Shown one piece after another: positions 39,962 to 47,677 of a stretch of 64,000 nt of DNA. Every line of letters starts with the position of its first letter. Position 1 is the first letter of the stretch. Position numbers and translations under genes: made by a program. Origin of the DNA: an uncultured Lachnospiraceae bacterium (GTDB lineage Bacteria > Bacillota > Clostridia > Oscillospirales > CAG-272); NCBI GenBank assembly GCA_964514555.1, contig CAZERM010000002.1, positions 4,761 to 68,760 of the forward strand, given 5' to 3'. The notes under the pieces were generated by a model. It saw only the letters and a list, made by a program, of their open reading frames with translations. It ran no database searches and was not told the origin of the DNA.

Positions 39962-41020
39962 ATGGAAAACAAAACAGATATTTTAAGCCTTTCCCATAAG
40001 GAAATGCAGGATTATATAGTTTCGCTCGGCGAGCCGCGCTACCGTGCGGACCAAATATATACTTTTCTCATGCGCGGCGCATCCTCCTTTGAGGAGATGA
40101 ACAATATCCCCAAAAAGCTTATCGAAAAGCTCAACGAAAACGCATTTATCGCATCCGCAAAGCAGGTGCAGAAGCTCACTTCAAAAGACGGCACGGCAAA
40201 ATATCTTTACGAGATGTATGACGGCGAAAAGATAGAAAGCGTTATCATGCGCTACCACTACGGCAACACCATCTGCATCTCTTCGGAGGCAGGTTGCCCC
40301 ATGGGTTGTGCGTTCTGCGCTTCTACGCTCGGCGGTATTTCAAGAAAACTTTTGCCCTCCGAGCTTCTCTCTCAGGTAATACAGACACAAAAGGACATCG
40401 GCGAAAGAATCGACGGTATCGTGCTCATGGGCATTGGCGAACCTCTTGACAACTACGACAATGTTATCAAATTCTTGCGCCTTGTGAACGAAGAAAAAGG
40501 TCTTAACATCGGTCTTCGCCACATATCCCTTTCCACTTGCGGCATAGTTCCGCGCATATATGACCTTGCAAAAGAGGAGATGCCCATAACACTTTCCATC
40601 TCGCTCCACGCATCGAACGATGAAACACGCTCCTCTCTCATGCCGGTAAACAAACGCTGGAACATCGAAGCTCTGCTTACAGCTTGCAACGATTATTTTG
40701 CAGCAACAGGCAGAAGAATATCCTTTGAATATACGCTCATCAGCGGCAAAAACGATAACGAGGACACCGCACGCGAACTTGCCGCGGTACTCCGCAAATA
40801 TTGCAAGAATATGCCGCTCCATGTAAACCTCATCCCCGTAAATGACGTAAAAGAGCGCGGTTTTGCGCCCAGCAGTAAAAACGGTATTGCCAAATTTGTG
40901 GCTGTTCTCGAAAAGAATCATATCGTTGCTACGGTCCGCAGACATCTCGGCTCCGATATAAATGCCTCCTGCGGTCAGCTCCGCGCGAAAAAAGCGGAAG
41001 ACGGCACCGACGGAGAATGA
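39962..41020 (+). CDS. rlmN: 23S rRNA/tRNA (adenine-C2)-methyltransferase, radical SAM
   Basis: 352 aa with the radical SAM cluster CPMGCAFC and a C-terminal catalytic Cys. Confidence 0.95.
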   Translation: MENKTDILSLSHKEMQDYIVSLGEPRYRADQIYTFLMRGASSFEEMNNIPKKLIEKLNENAFIASAKQVQKLTSKDGTAKYLYEMYDGEKIESVIMRYHYGNTICISSEAGCPMGCAFCASTLGGISRKLLPSELLSQVIQTQKDIGERIDGIVLMGIGEPLDNYDNVIKFLRLVNEEKGLNIGLRHISLSTCGIVPRIYDLAKEEMPITLSISLHASNDETRSSLMPVNKRWNIEALLTACNDYFAATGRRISFEYTLISGKNDNEDTARELAAVLRKYCKNMPLHVNLIPVNDVKERGFAPSSKNGIAKFVAVLEKNHIVATVRRHLGSDINASCGQLRAKKAEDGTDGE

Positions 41021-41063
41021 TCCGAAGGCAAAAAAATCGATTTTTACGAAAGGATAAGACCAT

Positions 41064-41846
41064 ATGTTGCTGTATTACGGAAAAAGCGACGTCGGTATGA
41101 GGCGCACCATAAACCAGGACTCATTTAATGCTTTGCCCATATGGAACGATGATGCGCTCTTGCTCGTCGTATGCGACGGAATGGGCGGTCATAAAGCAGG
41201 CGAGATAGCCTCCAAAACAGCCGTTGAAAAATTTTGCTCCGTTGTGGCTTCGCGCCCTTGCACAGAGGATGACCCCGCAACGCGCGCGGATATCATAAAA
41301 AATACGCTCGTTGCCGCGGTTAAAGAAGCAAACGAGACCGTATATAAGCTTTCGCTTTCGTCTGAAGAATTTTCGGGCATGGGCACAACTCTCGTTGCCG
41401 CCGTCATCTCGCGCGGTATGCTCTACGCCGTCAACATCGGCGACAGCAGATTGTATATCGTAACTCGCCACGAAGCAAAGCAGATAACAAAAGACCATTC
41501 TTTCGTTCAGCTCCTCATAGAAGCAGGGCAGATAACGCCCGAGGAGGCGCGAACGAACCCGAGAAAAAATGTCATCACTCGCGCCGTCGGCATCGGCGCC
41601 AAAACAGAGGTCGATTTCTTCAACCTCAACCTCCGCAAATGGGGCAGCGGATATATACTGCTCTGCACGGACGGACTTACAAACTATCTTGACGACGCGA
41701 TGCTTTTCAACGTGATATATCCGCCGCGCGAAAAGCAAGGGCTTTCCACCGAACAGGAGCTTAAGCTCAAAGCCGACACACTCGTTTCATTAGCCAACAG
41801 AGCAGGCGGCAGCGACAACATAAGCGTCCTGCTGACAAAGTTTTAA
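41064..41846 (+). CDS. stp: PP2C-family Ser/Thr protein phosphatase (Stp/PrpC)
   Basis: 260 aa with motifs RTINQDSF, CDGMGGH and GGSDNISV. Confidence 0.92.
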   Translation: MLLYYGKSDVGMRRTINQDSFNALPIWNDDALLLVVCDGMGGHKAGEIASKTAVEKFCSVVASRPCTEDDPATRADIIKNTLVAAVKEANETVYKLSLSSEEFSGMGTTLVAAVISRGMLYAVNIGDSRLYIVTRHEAKQITKDHSFVQLLIEAGQITPEEARTNPRKNVITRAVGIGAKTEVDFFNLNLRKWGSGYILLCTDGLTNYLDDAMLFNVIYPPREKQGLSTEQELKLKADTLVSLANRAGGSDNISVLLTKF

Positions 41847-41866
41847 CAAAAGAAAGGTGAGCATCT

Positions 41867-43444
41867 ATGGACGATTCAAAACAGTATATAGGCGACACCT
41901 TTGACGGACGCTACAAAATAGAACGCCTTGTCGGCATCGGCGGCATGGCTTATGTTTACGAAGCGAAAGACCTAAGATACGGCAAGACCGTTGCCGTAAA
42001 ACTACTCAAAGATAAGTTTTCGGATGATTCTCGCGCGGTAAAGCGCTTTATAAACGAATCCAAATCCTTGGAGATATTGAACCACCCGAACATTGTAAAA
42101 ATATATGATATTTCCGTAAGCTCGCCGAATAAGTTTATAGTTATGGAATATATAAACGGCATCACCTTGCGAAAATACATGAACTATAAGCTTCCTCTTG
42201 AATGGACGGAAGCCTCCGACTTTGCCGAGCAGATATTGCTCGCACTCGACCACGCACACACGAAAGGTATCGTTCACCGCGATATCAAGCCGCAGAACAT
42301 CATGATAATGCAGGGCGGCGCCGTTCGCGTTACCGACTTCGGCATCGCCAAGATACCGAAATCCGAGGCTCTGACGCTCGTTGACAAAGCCATAGGCACT
42401 GTTTACTACATCTCGCCAGAGCAAGCCAGCAGCCGCAAGATCGACGCCAGAAGCGATATATATTCGCTCGGCGTAATGCTTTATGAGATGGTTACGGGAA
42501 AACTTCCCTTTACGGCGGACACGCCGATAGCGGTCATATTTAAGCATATCAACGATTCGCCGATACCACCTTCAAAGCTCAATCCCGCAATTCCGCGTGG
42601 TCTGGAGCAGATAATCCTCTGCGCCATGGAAAAAAATCCGCAGAACCGTTATCAAAGCGCGGCACAGATGCTCCGCCACCTTCGCCGTTTGAGAATGGAC
42701 CCTGCCACTGTATTTTTACAGCAAAGACCCGTGCCCAAAACGAGCACGAGCGAAACAACGATAAGACGCACTTCTCGCCCTCATCGCGATACATCGGAAT
42801 TTGATTTTTCGATACATGAGCACGCAGAGCAAGCGCGCAAACAATCAGCTCCCGTTCAACAGCCTCGTGTACAAGTTCAGCCTCAACGTCAGCAGGCTCA
42901 ACCGCAACGTCAACAGGCTCAACCGCAACGTCAACAGGCTCAACCGCAACGTCAACAGGCTCAGCCGCAGCGTCAGCAGGCTCAACCTCAGCATCAGCAA
43001 ATTCAGCCTCAACGTCAGCAGACTCAACCGCAACGTCAACAGGCTCAGCCGCAAAGACAGCAAGCTCAACAGCGCTCACACGGAGACCGGATATACAATC
43101 GCTCTCCCAATGTCGGCATACAAATGCCGGGTCAGCGCTCCAACCCCTACATAAACAGAGCGCCGTCGGCGCAGAACAGACAAGCGCCGAAAAACGGAGG
43201 CGCACAGAGCCAAAGAACGACTCGCACCACCCAAAACAGCAGACAAAGACGAATGCAGGGCATAGATATTTCGGCATATCTGCCGTTTGTGATAATCATA
43301 TTGCTCATCGCCATCGTCTGCACGATCTTAATATCCGTTGCAATATCTAACGTAAGCGAAGCGGCAACGGTGCCTTTCCAATATATCGGAGAGGATATAC
43401 AAGCAAAAACGCTTCTGCTATATTTAAAGCAGGTTATTTTATGA
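41867..43444 (+). CDS. prkC: Hanks-type Ser/Thr protein kinase (PrkC/PknB-like) lacking PASTA domains
   Basis: 525 aa with kinase motifs (VAVKLL, HRDIKPQN, DFGIA, SPEQ), a Q-rich heptad repeat, a single TM helix and an extracytoplasmic tail of only about 30 aa. Confidence 0.9.
   Translation: MDDSKQYIGDTFDGRYKIERLVGIGGMAYVYEAKDLRYGKTVAVKLLKDKFSDDSRAVKRFINESKSLEILNHPNIVKIYDISVSSPNKFIVMEYINGITLRKYMNYKLPLEWTEASDFAEQILLALDHAHTKGIVHRDIKPQNIMIMQGGAVRVTDFGIAKIPKSEALTLVDKAIGTVYYISPEQASSRKIDARSDIYSLGVMLYEMVTGKLPFTADTPIAVIFKHINDSPIPPSKLNPAIPRGLEQIILCAMEKNPQNRYQSAAQMLRHLRRLRMDPATVFLQQRPVPKTSTSETTIRRTSRPHRDTSEFDFSIHEHAEQARKQSAPVQQPRVQVQPQRQQAQPQRQQAQPQRQQAQPQRQQAQPQRQQAQPQHQQIQPQRQQTQPQRQQAQPQRQQAQQRSHGDRIYNRSPNVGIQMPGQRSNPYINRAPSAQNRQAPKNGGAQSQRTTRTTQNSRQRRMQGIDISAYLPFVIIILLIAIVCTILISVAISNVSEAATVPFQYIGEDIQAKTLLLYLKQVIL
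42857..43066 (+). repeat. In-frame 21-bp tandem repeat (9 good units plus 1 degenerate) encoding (QPQRQQA)n inside prkC
   Basis: The unit CAACCGCAACGTCAACAGGCT repeats head to tail, and three consecutive units are identical. Confidence 0.95.
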
Positions 43445-44361
43445 CAGAAAAAAACGATCTTTACGGTACAATAATTTCTTGTGTCGGCGGACTTTATACA
43501 GTCTGCCGCGCAGACGGCGAAAAGGTTGCTGCGCGTGCGCGCGGTTCTTTCCGCTATGAAAAAAATTCGCCCTTGGCAGGCGACAATGTTCTTCTCCACA
43601 AAGAGAACGATACATTTGCCATAAACAAAATATACGAGCGCAAAAATTCGCTCGTTCGTCCGCCCATTGCAAATCTTGATACGCTTTTTGTGTCATTTGC
43701 GCCGACAGAGCCTGCGCCTAACCTTTTGTGCGTAGACAAGCTCTTGTCCGTTGCGACGGCGGCAAATATCCACTCCGTAATCGTTATAACGAAAAGCGAT
43801 CTTTCCGACGATATGGCGGAAAAATACGCCGATATCTACAGAAAAGCAGGTTATCCTGTGTTCATCACATCTTCAAGGGAACACAAGGGACTTGACGAGC
43901 TTAAAAAGCTCATATCAGAAAGCGGTTGCGGCAAGATATTTGCTTTTGCAGGTGCTTCGGGTATAGGAAAATCGTCCATCATGAACGCGCTTTTCCCCGA
44001 TCTTTCCCTTAAAACAGGCGCTCTTTCCGAAAAGATAAGCCGCGGCAAGCAGACAACGCGCACTGTAGAACTTTTCCCCATAACTCTTGAAAACGGCAAC
44101 GAAGTTTTTGTTGCCGACACACCGGGATTTTCCGTTTTGGAATTTTCCGCTATCCCAAATTTCAAAAAAGAAGATCTCGCCTCAACTTTCCCCGAATTTG
44201 AAAGATTCAAATGTGATTGCCGTTGGCGCGATTGCACGCACACAAAAGACGGCGACTGCGGCATAATCAATGCCGTTAAGAGCGGCGATATCGCCAAGGA
44301 ACGCCACGAAAACTTCCTTTTGATGTATGATGAGCTTGCAAAGATACCAAGCTGGAAATAA
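43441..44361 (+). CDS. rsgA: Ribosome small-subunit-dependent GTPase A
   Basis: 306 aa with circularly permuted G motifs (ITKSDL, GASGIGKSS) and a C-terminal zinc motif (CDCRWRDCTHTKDGDC). Confidence 0.93.
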   Translation: MTEKNDLYGTIISCVGGLYTVCRADGEKVAARARGSFRYEKNSPLAGDNVLLHKENDTFAINKIYERKNSLVRPPIANLDTLFVSFAPTEPAPNLLCVDKLLSVATAANIHSVIVITKSDLSDDMAEKYADIYRKAGYPVFITSSREHKGLDELKKLISESGCGKIFAFAGASGIGKSSIMNALFPDLSLKTGALSEKISRGKQTTRTVELFPITLENGNEVFVADTPGFSVLEFSAIPNFKKEDLASTFPEFERFKCDCRWRDCTHTKDGDCGIINAVKSGDIAKERHENFLLMYDELAKIPSWK

Positions 44362-44367
44362 CACAAA

Positions 44368-44403
44368 ACAGACCGCAGAAAAATGCGGTCTGTTTATTTT
44401 TTT
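44368..44403 (+). terminator. Rho-independent terminator of rsgA
   Basis: Stem ACAGACCGCA/TGCGGTCTGT followed by TTATTTTTTT. Confidence 0.85.
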
Positions 44404-44419
44404 GAGCGATATGAACACA

Positions 44420-44662
44420 CGTAGGGGCGACCTGTGGTCGCCCGTTTTTCCAATCGCAACAATTTTATCATTGATAGAGTGCGAATTGTTGCTAAAAGCC
44501 AAAATTTTTGATACGTGCTCTGCGGCGCGGTTCCGAGAGTAGCGCCTCTCGGGGAGCCGCATTCGATACAGCTATCATTTTCGATGCGATTCGCTTAAGT
44601 GGGTAAAGCGAAAGGCTTTTTTATCTTTTTGCTACTTTTTCTTTAAATAAGAAAAAGTTGAG
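44420..44662. repeat. 243-bp hairpin-rich intergenic repeat, copy A
   Basis: Aligns end to end with 47350-47592, at about 85% identity by eye. It opens with GTAGGGGCGACC-N3-GGTCGCCC and ends with the CTTTTTCTT-TAAAT-AAGAAAAAG hairpin. Confidence 0.9.
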
Positions 44663-44696
44663 AAGAATCTTCTTCTTGTTTAAATAAAAGCTTAAT

Positions 44697-45443
44697 TTAT
44701 TTCTTCTGTGCAAAGAGCCAATCCATAAGACCCTCTGTGTCGTATGCAGGGCCCCAACATTCATGACCCACGCCGGGGAAATATGTTGCTTTCATTTTTG
44801 TGCCGCCTGCCGCTTTGATGGCTGCTTCCATGTCCTTTGTGCCCTGTGCGGGAACCGTGCTGTCGCTCTCGCCATGGAAAGCCCAAATGCCGATATCAAC
44901 GAGTTTATCCGCCATAGAGGGGATGCCTGAACCGCAAAGAGGGATTGCCGCCGCGAACACTTCGGGTCTGCGAGTGATAAGCTCCCATGTGCCGTAGCCG
45001 CCCATGGATATGCCTGCCGCATAAACACGAGTAATATCTACTTTGCCGCTGTCGAGGAATTTTTGGAGCAATTCCATAGCCGCCGCAAGTCCGACAGTGG
45101 GCTTTTCCGTAAGCTCACGAGAGCCTGTGTTCCATTTATGCTCAACGGGGATCCATTCATATTTTACATTGCAGGGGCACTGCGGAGCAACAACGATGCA
45201 ATCGTCTTTTTCCACAACCATGTTGAGAAGTTTGTTTTCTTTTTTCAAAACTCTTATCTGAAGCTCGTTTTCCGTGCCGCATTCGCCATGACCGTGCAAG
45301 AAAAACAACATGGGATATTTTGCGCTGTCTGCCGCATTGTAATTGCTCGGCAAATAAACTCTGTAAGGAAGCGTGAATCTTTCGCCTGTTTCGGCGTCCG
45401 TATATTCATATGCTTCTTTCAACATTATATCGATATCAACCAT
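44697..45443 (-). CDS. Alpha/beta-hydrolase esterase (PHB-depolymerase/CE1-like), no signal peptide
   Basis: 248 aa counted from ATG 45443 (AAGGAG SD). Motifs PMLFFLHGHGECG, nucleophile elbow GISMGGYG and FHGESD. The longer track ORF would overlap the mgtE promoter. Confidence 0.8.
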   Translation of the reverse strand: MVDIDIMLKEAYEYTDAETGERFTLPYRVYLPSNYNAADSAKYPMLFFLHGHGECGTENELQIRVLKKENKLLNMVVEKDDCIVVAPQCPCNVKYEWIPVEHKWNTGSRELTEKPTVGLAAAMELLQKFLDSGKVDITRVYAAGISMGGYGTWELITRRPEVFAAAIPLCGSGIPSMADKLVDIGIWAFHGESDSTVPAQGTKDMEAAIKAAGGTKMKATYFPGVGHECWGPAYDTEGLMDWLFAQKK

Positions 45444-45584
45444 TTTTAAATCTCCTTGATGAATATAAAAATATCGGAAATGACCGATGTATATTTTTAT
45501 ATTGTATACTTCGCAATATATTTTGTCAAGCGCTTTTCTTGCCGCAGATAACACCTTAAAAAGCGCAAAAAAACAAGCCAAGAG

Positions 45585-45613
45585 TTGACAAATCTTAAAA
45601 ATTGGTATAAAAT
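45585..45613 (+). promoter_or_regulatory. Predicted mgtE promoter (TTGACA-N17-TAAAAT)
   Basis: Hexamers at 45585-45590 and 45608-45613. This implies a leader of about 220 nt. Confidence 0.5.
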
Positions 45614-45837
45614 AAAAGGACGCGGACGACCCTCCGCATTATAAATACACGCAAAAAAGAGGTGAAAAAGATGGATTCCGGTAACGGGAATGGCAGTACA
45701 CCTGCCCGAAGTATAAAAGCTATTCTGTCTTTTTTGCCCCGAAAGATAAAATAGCATAACTTCGAGCAATTCGTTCTGCCTCTTAAAATTTAATATAGGA
45801 GGAGAAGCGAATATTTTTTATTCGCTTAAGTATCACA

Positions 45838-47217
45838 ATGGACGAGATCATTGAATTTCACGAAAAGATCAAACAGCTCATTGAAGAAAAACATTTCAAA
45901 GAACTTAAAACATTGCTCGCAGAAGAAAACGCGATAGATATCGCAGAAGCGCTTAACGGACTTTCCGAAAAAGAATTGCTCGTTGCTTTCCGTTTGCTCG
46001 ACAAAGACCAAGCGGCGGATGCATTCGTTGCCATGGAGCACGATGAGCAGGAGACTATCATCCGCGCATTTACGGATAAAGAGCTCCGCGAGGTAGTCGA
46101 TGAATTGAGCGTGGATGATGCCGTTGACATCATCGGAGAGATGCCTGCAAACGTCGTTGCACGTATCTTACGCAACGCGGACAGAGAAACTCGCCGCGAT
46201 ATAAACAGCCTCTTGCTCTATCACGAAGATACGGCAGGAAGCATGATGACCCCCGAATATGTTTCTTTGCGCCCCGATATGACGGTAGACGAAGCTTTTG
46301 ATAAGATAAGGCTCGTAGGACTCGACAAAGAAACTATCTACACTTGCTATGTTACGGAAAATCGTCATCTTATCGGTGTCGTTTCCGTTCGCTCTTTGCT
46401 TATCGCCGCAAAAACGGATAAGATAAGAAATATTATGCACGAAAACGTCATCTATGTAAAAACGACGGATGACAAAGAATTTGTTGCAGGACAGATCAAA
46501 AAATACGGCTTTCTTGCTTTGCCTGTTGTCGATGCGGAAGAAAAACTCGTTGGCATCGTTACGATCGATGACGCTATCGACGTAATCGAAGAAGAAGCAA
46601 CGGAAGATATCCAGAAGATGGCGGCTATCTTGCCCGACGAACACCAGCAGACATATATCCGCTCAGGTGTATTTAAAATATGGAAGCAGAGAATACCGTG
46701 GCTTTTGTTTTTGATGATATCCGCAACATTTACTTCAAAAATAATCGGCAAATTTGAAAGTGCGCTTTCCGCGTGCATCGTTTTAAGTTCGTTTATCCCT
46801 ATGATAATGGATACAGGCGGTAACGCAGGCGGTCAAACGTCCGTAACTATCATACGTGCGCTTTCGCTCGGCGAAGTTCGCTTGCGCGATGTTTTCCACA
46901 TAGTGTGGAAAGAATTTCGCGTTTCGTTGATCTGCGCGCTCACCGTAGCCCCTGTTGCATTTTTGAAAGTGTGGTTTATAGATGGTCTTTACAATGAACC
47001 TGACGGCATAGTTATATCGCTTGTAATAGCGGCAACACTCTTTATAACGATATGCGTTGCAAAGCTTGTGGGTTGCCTTTTGCCTCTCGCGGCGAAAGCT
47101 GTTCACCTTGACCCCGCCGTTATGGCAAGCCCCTTTATCACGACGATAGTCGATGCTATCGCGCTCGTGGTATACTTCACAATAGCATCAAATTTCGTGC
47201 CTGCATTGGCATTATAA
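45838..47217 (+). CDS. mgtE: Magnesium transporter MgtE
   Basis: 459 aa with the MgtE N-domain, tandem CBS domains and a C-terminal 5-TM domain (PMIMDTGGNAGGQ). Confidence 0.95.
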   Translation: MDEIIEFHEKIKQLIEEKHFKELKTLLAEENAIDIAEALNGLSEKELLVAFRLLDKDQAADAFVAMEHDEQETIIRAFTDKELREVVDELSVDDAVDIIGEMPANVVARILRNADRETRRDINSLLLYHEDTAGSMMTPEYVSLRPDMTVDEAFDKIRLVGLDKETIYTCYVTENRHLIGVVSVRSLLIAAKTDKIRNIMHENVIYVKTTDDKEFVAGQIKKYGFLALPVVDAEEKLVGIVTIDDAIDVIEEEATEDIQKMAAILPDEHQQTYIRSGVFKIWKQRIPWLLFLMISATFTSKIIGKFESALSACIVLSSFIPMIMDTGGNAGGQTSVTIIRALSLGEVRLRDVFHIVWKEFRVSLICALTVAPVAFLKVWFIDGLYNEPDGIVISLVIAATLFITICVAKLVGCLLPLAAKAVHLDPAVMASPFITTIVDAIALVVYFTIASNFVPALAL

Positions 47218-47223
47218 AAAGTT

Positions 47224-47260
47224 CTCCGACAGAGCCAAAAAACTCTGTCGGAGATTTTTG
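47224..47260 (+). terminator. Rho-independent terminator of mgtE
   Basis: Stem CTCCGACAGAG/CTCTGTCGGAG followed by a T-run. Confidence 0.85.
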
Positions 47261-47282
47261 TTTTTCTTATAAATAAGAAAAA
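47261..47282. repeat. Solo copy of the AT-rich terminal hairpin (TTTTTCTTAT-AA-ATAAGAAAAA)
   Basis: 22-bp palindrome resembling 44635-44657 and 47565-47587. It lies 68 bp to the left of repeat copy B. Confidence 0.7.
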
Positions 47283-47349
47283 GTGAATTATAGCAAAGTA
47301 ACACCTCCTCTGTCAGCCTTTGGCTGCCACATTCATTTGTATTACCATC

Positions 47350-47592
47350 CGTAGGGGCGACCTGCGGTCGCCCGTGTCCCATCGCAATAATTTTTTCATT
47401 GATAGGATGCGAATCGTTGCAAAAAGCTATCAGCTAAAAGCCAAAACTTTCGACTCATGCCATGCGGCGTGGTTCCGAGCGTGGAGCCGCATTTGATACA
47501 GCCATCATTTTAGATGTGATTCGCCTAAACGAGTAAAGCGAAGGGCTTTTTTATCTTTTTGCAACTTTTTCTTTAAATAAGAAAAAGTTGAG
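47350..47592. repeat. 243-bp hairpin-rich intergenic repeat, copy B
   Basis: Same orientation as copy A, offset by exactly 2930 bp at both ends. It has a 14-nt insertion (47421-47434) and a 12-nt shorter central stem. Confidence 0.9.
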
Positions 47593-47626
47593 TGAACCTT
47601 TTGCATACCAAGAAAAGCTAATTTAA

Positions 47627-47661
47627 AAACAAAAAAGCAGATGAGCTTTTGCTCATCTGCT
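47627..47661 (-). terminator. Rho-independent terminator of the LamG-esterase gene
   Basis: Stem AGCAGATGAGC/GCTCATCTGCT with a TTTT loop and an A-run on plus (a T-run on minus). Confidence 0.85.
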
Positions 47662-47677
47662 TTAATTTTACTGTTTA

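Noticed and set aside
42857-43066. Regular 21-bp direct repeats that might superficially suggest a CRISPR-like or satellite array.
   Set aside because: The units are contiguous with no spacers, in frame inside the kinase ORF, and encode a QPQRQQA heptad. This is a coding tandem repeat, not a CRISPR array.
44529-44558. GGTTCCGAG stem in the 243-bp repeat, reminiscent of a tRNA T-arm (GGTTCGA).
   Set aside because: There is no acceptor, D or anticodon arm around it, and the loop sequence and size are wrong. It is treated as part of the repeat's own structure.
44327-44562. Small ORFs (71 aa plus strand, 126 aa minus strand) running through repeat copy A.
   Set aside because: They are not conserved in copy B, because frame-breaking indels lie between the copies. 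They cross the rsgA terminator and have no SD. They are translation artefacts of the repeat (GRP..APT-type peptides).
45614-45837. Possible M-box (ykoK) magnesium riboswitch upstream of mgtE.
   Set aside because: I could not find the conserved M-box core (GUUAGGUGAGGCU... / ...GUGCUAAAGCUC.ACG), and the leader is shorter and differently organised. It is kept only as an unassigned leader in the findings. A covariance-model search would decide.
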